Shown here: positions 61,901 through 64,000 of the stretch, piece after piece | Layout: each line of letters starts with the position of its first letter | Numbering within the stretch: the stretch's first letter is position 1 | Origin: Eledone cirrhosa | Lineage: Eukaryota | Assembly: GCA_964016885.1 (NCBI GenBank) | Contig: OZ024742.1 | Span: 33,418,001-33,482,000, forward strand | Direction of reading: 5' to 3' | DNA: 64,000 nucleotides | The notes under the pieces: model-generated | What the model was told of the DNA's origin: nothing | Databases searched by the model: none | The model's input: the letters and a program-made list of their open reading frames with translations, nothing else | Position numbers and translations under genes: made by a program

Positions 61901-63949
61901 GCAACTCTCTCACCCACTATGGTCTCAAACTCACCAACAGCCTCATGAAGCCACTACACAAATAACATCGTCAACTTGTACCAACTCGTAGTAATATGTC
62001 TATTGTCCTTTTTTTTTTACTTCAATGAAGTAAACCTTTGTATATAAACCAAAAAGCCATTCTTGTTATTTCAACAACAACTATTATCTGTACTAATACC
62101 ATTCTTCTAAATGATCAATTAGTTCTGAAAATTATCAAGAATTTAGAGAGATTTGGAAATATAACTGAATCTGACATAATTATGCTGAGGTTTGAAACCA
62201 ACATTTGTCCTTATTAGGATGGTGTTTAGAACTTTCCATCCTAAATTTATGCAAGAATTTGGTCTTGAATAAATTATAATAGAAGCTCTTGACCTTTTTT
62301 ATACCAAACTGCATGAAACCGTTTCTGGTTCTATGATACAAAACTGTGATGATTTACAGAGTTTATATTTATTTTTAAAAACTTCCACCATAATTTTATA
62401 TAAAAACCTTTAAGTTACGTTCCAAACACCAACTTAATAATGAAAAAGTGATTGATATTACTAAATCTTTCTGAATTCTTGATTATTTTCAATATGAAAT
62501 GAAAAATCACATGCAGTGTCTTTCCTTACAAATATGGTAACCAAACAGTTAATTTAACTATAATCACTTTATAACAAAAGGTTTTGTATTGTAGAACAAA
62601 AGGCAGTCTCAGGTGGGTTAGCATCAAAGGGTTTATTAAGCCCTCCCTATAAACTACCACAGACACACAGTAATCCTAATATTAATGATAATGACTGATG
62701 GATTGGCAGTATCGGTAGAGGGTCGGACGCCATGCTTTCCAGCATAGTTACATCCCTTTACGATCTGAGTTCAAATCCCGCCAAGGTTGACTTTGCCTTT
62801 CATCCTTACGGGGTCGATAAAATAAAGTACCAGTAATGCACTGGGTAATTGCTGGCTTTGTGCCTAAAGTAGAAACAATTAATGATAATGACTGAAACAT
62901 TTCCTCACTCTAAGATAATACATACCTTAACAAGATCTGAATCTTCCTTGGCACATGGTAACATCAGGGTAAAACCTAAACCAGAAGTTGACTGAAGTCC
63001 CTAATTGAATGTAAATGAAGAAAAGCTGAGTACAGTTATTAAAAGATCAAAATTTAGTAACCATTGTATCAAATATTGTTGTTCACTTTTACTATACACA
63101 AGGAAGCTGCAACATGGGCAGTTCTTCTTATCGTGTCCACAAGAGTGTCAGCTGAAAACATTGCTGTCCTTTCTCATTAAACTCTGCCAAGTCCAATGCT
63201 GTGTAGGGGTGTTCCAGCAGGGGCATATTAGGAGCTGCTGCGTAGTCTGTGGCTTGATGCTGCAGTCATATACAACTTCTCCATCCTTTAAATATCCCCA
63301 TTTTGCCAGACTGACTTTTGACCACCAACACCAGATCTTAGTCTGTTAAGGCAAGATCTTAATGCCTTTGAATATAAGTCTGCTTGAACAGGGCTGACCT
63401 GTGGCTAAACATGCTGTCAGGATTATATTATGGTAGTTGTCATTGTTTATACTCCCAAATTACCAAAACACCATTTCAATGCAGTGTAGTATGCAACATA
63501 GCTATTCATAGTGTTAATGCACTGGTAGAGCACAGTAGACTATACATCGTTCTACAGTTGAAGTCAATGAGGTGACATCTATATGGTTGCTTGTCCTTTT
63601 AGAAATAGAACTAAATCTCCCTTAAATTGCACCTTACAACCAATAAACATGGACGTAATGTCCCATGTACGTCAATGCTCATCCTTTTTCCATTCAGAGG
63701 ATTTTTAAAAATCCTAACTAATAAACTAATTTATCTAGTCAAATATGGCAAATATAAGCACATATTACTAGCTATTTTTCAAATATTTGCTGTTTATAAA
63801 TAAAGCCTGTTTTGTATCTTTCTATATATAAAAAATAAATTATCAAAATAGAAACCAACCTTGTAGATTATATTTTCTTTGAGACTAATTGGAATTCCAT
63901 GAAGAGGCTTGGTCACAGATGGCAAAGAATCACACTTCAGTGCTAATTC
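34781..63949 (-). CDS. FAAH: Fatty-acid amide hydrolase (FAAH1-like) paralog B, 5'-partial, spliced (14 exons)
   Basis: Exons in transcript order: 63949-63860, 63000-62926, 51942-51881, 50694-50488, 50101-50061, 49232-49108, 46543-46418, 44376-44285, 41974-41887, 39775-39732, 38565-38526, 38197-38089, 37262-37129, 34903-34781. 1356 nt open frame with the full Lys-Ser-Ser triad ([21 protein letters not shown]). Confidence 0.93.
35393..37010 (-). mobile_element. Young CR1-group LINE, 5'-truncated, uninterrupted RT frame
   Basis: [43 protein letters not shown]; stem-loop plus (ATT)n tail; empty site in paralog A near 26445. Confidence 0.93.
37129..37262 (-). CDS. FAAH: FAAH-B exon (134 bp)
   Basis: [44 protein letters not shown]; GT-AG. 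Confidence 0.92.
38089..38197 (-). CDS. FAAH: FAAH-B exon (109 bp)
   Basis: [36 protein letters not shown]; GT-AG. Confidence 0.92.
38526..38565 (-). CDS. FAAH: FAAH-B exon (40 bp)
   Basis: [13 protein letters not shown]; ccag/gtgagt. Confidence 0.86.
38775..39413. mobile_element. hAT-type MITE with nested SINE (38990-39160)
   Basis: TIRs CAGTGGTTCCCAAC / GTTGAGAATCACTG; 8-bp TSD ATATAGAC/ATATAGCC; SINE TSD GCTCAAGATAAAATAAT. Confidence 0.82.
39732..39775 (-). CDS. FAAH: FAAH-B exon (44 bp)
   Basis: [14 protein letters not shown]; ctag/gtaagt. Confidence 0.86.
39867..40205 (-). mobile_element. tRNA-head SINE with RTE-derived tail
   Basis: GGAGGCACATGGCTTAGTGG head and (GAT)n tail. Confidence 0.82.
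40239..40320. mobile_element. Tc1/mariner-type MITE
   Basis: TA|CAGGGTGTCCC...GGGACACCCTG|TA. Confidence 0.75.
41887..41974 (-). CDS. FAAH: FAAH-B exon (88 bp)
   Basis: [29 protein letters not shown]; tcag/gtaagt. Confidence 0.87.
42390..43250 (-). mobile_element. Two tandem CRE-type REL endonuclease 3' fragments
   Basis: [20 protein letters not shown]...[10 protein letters not shown]...[11 protein letters not shown]...LFQRISL...RGNAFSIL; the C-terminal part is present twice. Confidence 0.78.
44285..44376 (-). CDS. FAAH: FAAH-B exon (92 bp)
   Basis: [30 protein letters not shown]; acag/gtaagt. Confidence 0.9.
44711..44899 (+). mobile_element. tRNA-derived SINE
   Basis: Full copy; TSD includes ATTTTATGTTTCTA. 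Confidence 0.85.
46418..46543 (-). CDS. FAAH: FAAH-B exon (126 bp)
   Basis: [42 protein letters not shown]; tcag/gtaag. Confidence 0.93.
46925..48226. mobile_element. piggyBac-type MITE split by a CR1-group LINE
   Basis: TTAA|CCCTTTAGCATTT...AAATGCTAAAGGG|TTAA; an uninterrupted relative is at 15032-15260. Confidence 0.75.
47073..48158 (-). mobile_element. CR1-group LINE 3' fragment, same family as 35393-37010, frameshifted
   Basis: [32 protein letters not shown]; (ATT)n tail. Confidence 0.9.
48669..48997. repeat. 46-48-bp minisatellite, about 7 copies, within a SINE/RTE-UTR-derived repeat
   Basis: Unit TACCACTTTA(CA)CAGTGTACTGGGTGTGTCTTATCATGGCACCAGCCC. Confidence 0.9.
49108..49232 (-). 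CDS. FAAH: FAAH-B exon (125 bp)
   Basis: [41 protein letters not shown]; gcag/gtaagg. Confidence 0.93.
50061..50101 (-). CDS. FAAH: FAAH-B exon (41 bp)
   Basis: [13 protein letters not shown]; gtag/gtaag. Confidence 0.88.
50488..50694 (-). CDS. FAAH: FAAH-B amidase-signature exon (207 bp)
   Basis: Same protein as 7475-7681; only two synonymous differences seen (GGA/GGT, ACT/ACA). Confidence 0.95.
50818..51500 (+). mobile_element. Three nested tandem SINEs plus an inverted partial SINE
   Basis: Copies at ~50818-51005, 51023-51187, 51195-51397 and inverted 51405-51500; TSD ATTATTAGGGCAATCAG. Confidence 0.85.
51881..51942 (-). CDS. FAAH: FAAH-B exon (62 bp)
   Basis: [21 protein letters not shown] with the amidase GAVPFVxTN motif; ttag/gtaagt. 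Confidence 0.92.
52152..52187 (+). ncRNA. Decayed minimal hammerhead relic
   Basis: CTAATGA A GGAC-TAGT-GTCC GACAC GTT; two core mutations; pyrimidine-rich pLTR-like context. Confidence 0.4.
52578..54289. mobile_element. hAT-type MITE hosting a Helitron
   Basis: TIRs CAGAGGTTCTCAAA / TTTGAGAACCTCTG; TSD imperfect (TCTAA on both sides). Confidence 0.72.
52717..54031 (+). mobile_element. Non-autonomous Helitron with PIF1 helicase C-terminal fragment
   Basis: A|TC start, 3' hairpin CTCGAGCAATGCCGGG plus CTAG|T; 53451-53708 encodes [20 protein letters not shown]...[13 protein letters not shown]. Confidence 0.88.
56382..60242 (+). pseudogene. Gypsy gag-pol (Gag, protease, RT, RNase H, integrase) with stops and frameshifts
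   Basis: [15 protein letters not shown]...C...[28 protein letters not shown] zinc finger, HIDIIGP, GPY. Confidence 0.93.
60624..61893 (-). mobile_element. RTE LINE 3' fragment inserted in the Gypsy 3' LTR
   Basis: [12 protein letters not shown]-like finger, GRPKMTW; splits the LTR sequence GAACAT|GTTAAG with CAT at both junctions. Confidence 0.92.
62699..62877 (+). mobile_element. tRNA-derived SINE with 18-bp TSD
   Basis: TSD ATTAATGATAATGACTGA at 62681-62698 and 62878-62895. Confidence 0.88.
62926..63000 (-). CDS. FAAH: FAAH-B exon (75 bp)
   Basis: [25 protein letters not shown]; ttag/gtatgt; phase 0-0. Confidence 0.88.
63100..63400 (-). mobile_element. Degraded LINE C-terminal fragment (Vingi/Ingi-like)
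   Basis: Minus strand reads LNRLRSGVG followed by a frameshifted zinc-knuckle remnant (QT..QLLICP). Confidence 0.45.
63860..63949 (-). CDS. FAAH: FAAH-B exon with catalytic Lys (90 bp)
   Basis: [30 protein letters not shown]; ctag/gttggt. Confidence 0.9.
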
Positions 63950-64000
63950 CTAGAAAAAGAATCAAAATCATTAACATATATTTTACATCCAAGTTACAAG

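Larger units (their letters stand above)
55475..62111 (+). mobile_element. Full-length degenerate Ty3/Gypsy LTR retrotransposon
   Basis: LTRs 55475-55918 and 60399-62111 (interrupted by an RTE); 4-bp TSD TGAT; PBS TGGTGACCCC (tRNA-Trp type) 55920-55929; PPT 60387-60395. Confidence 0.95.

Overview
AT-rich, repeat-dense eukaryotic DNA; a coleoid cephalopod such as Octopus is my inference from the SINE/LINE families, not something the sequence proves. The window holds two intron-rich fatty-acid amide hydrolase (FAAH1-like, amidase-signature) paralogs arranged tail-to-tail. Copy A is on + (11 exons, 7475-27055) and copy B is on - (14 exons, 63949-34781); both 5' ends lie outside the window. All splice sites are GT-AG, the frames are open, and paired exons have identical lengths. 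The paralogs are a mosaic: the catalytic-signature exon and the last two exons with their intron are near-identical (gene conversion), while the exons covering the predicted membrane cap are strongly diverged. Introns and the spacer contain Penelope-like remnants, RTE, CR1-group, Dong/R4 and CRE-type LINE fragments, a complete but degenerate Gypsy LTR element with TSD, Helitrons, hAT/Tc1/piggyBac-type MITEs, tRNA-derived SINEs and minisatellites. The most notable unannotated signal is a set of seven type I hammerhead-ribozyme-like loci, several with a shared U4C core change, a palindromic stem III, extended stem II or C3-G8/U3-A8 covariation. All coordinates were counted by hand.
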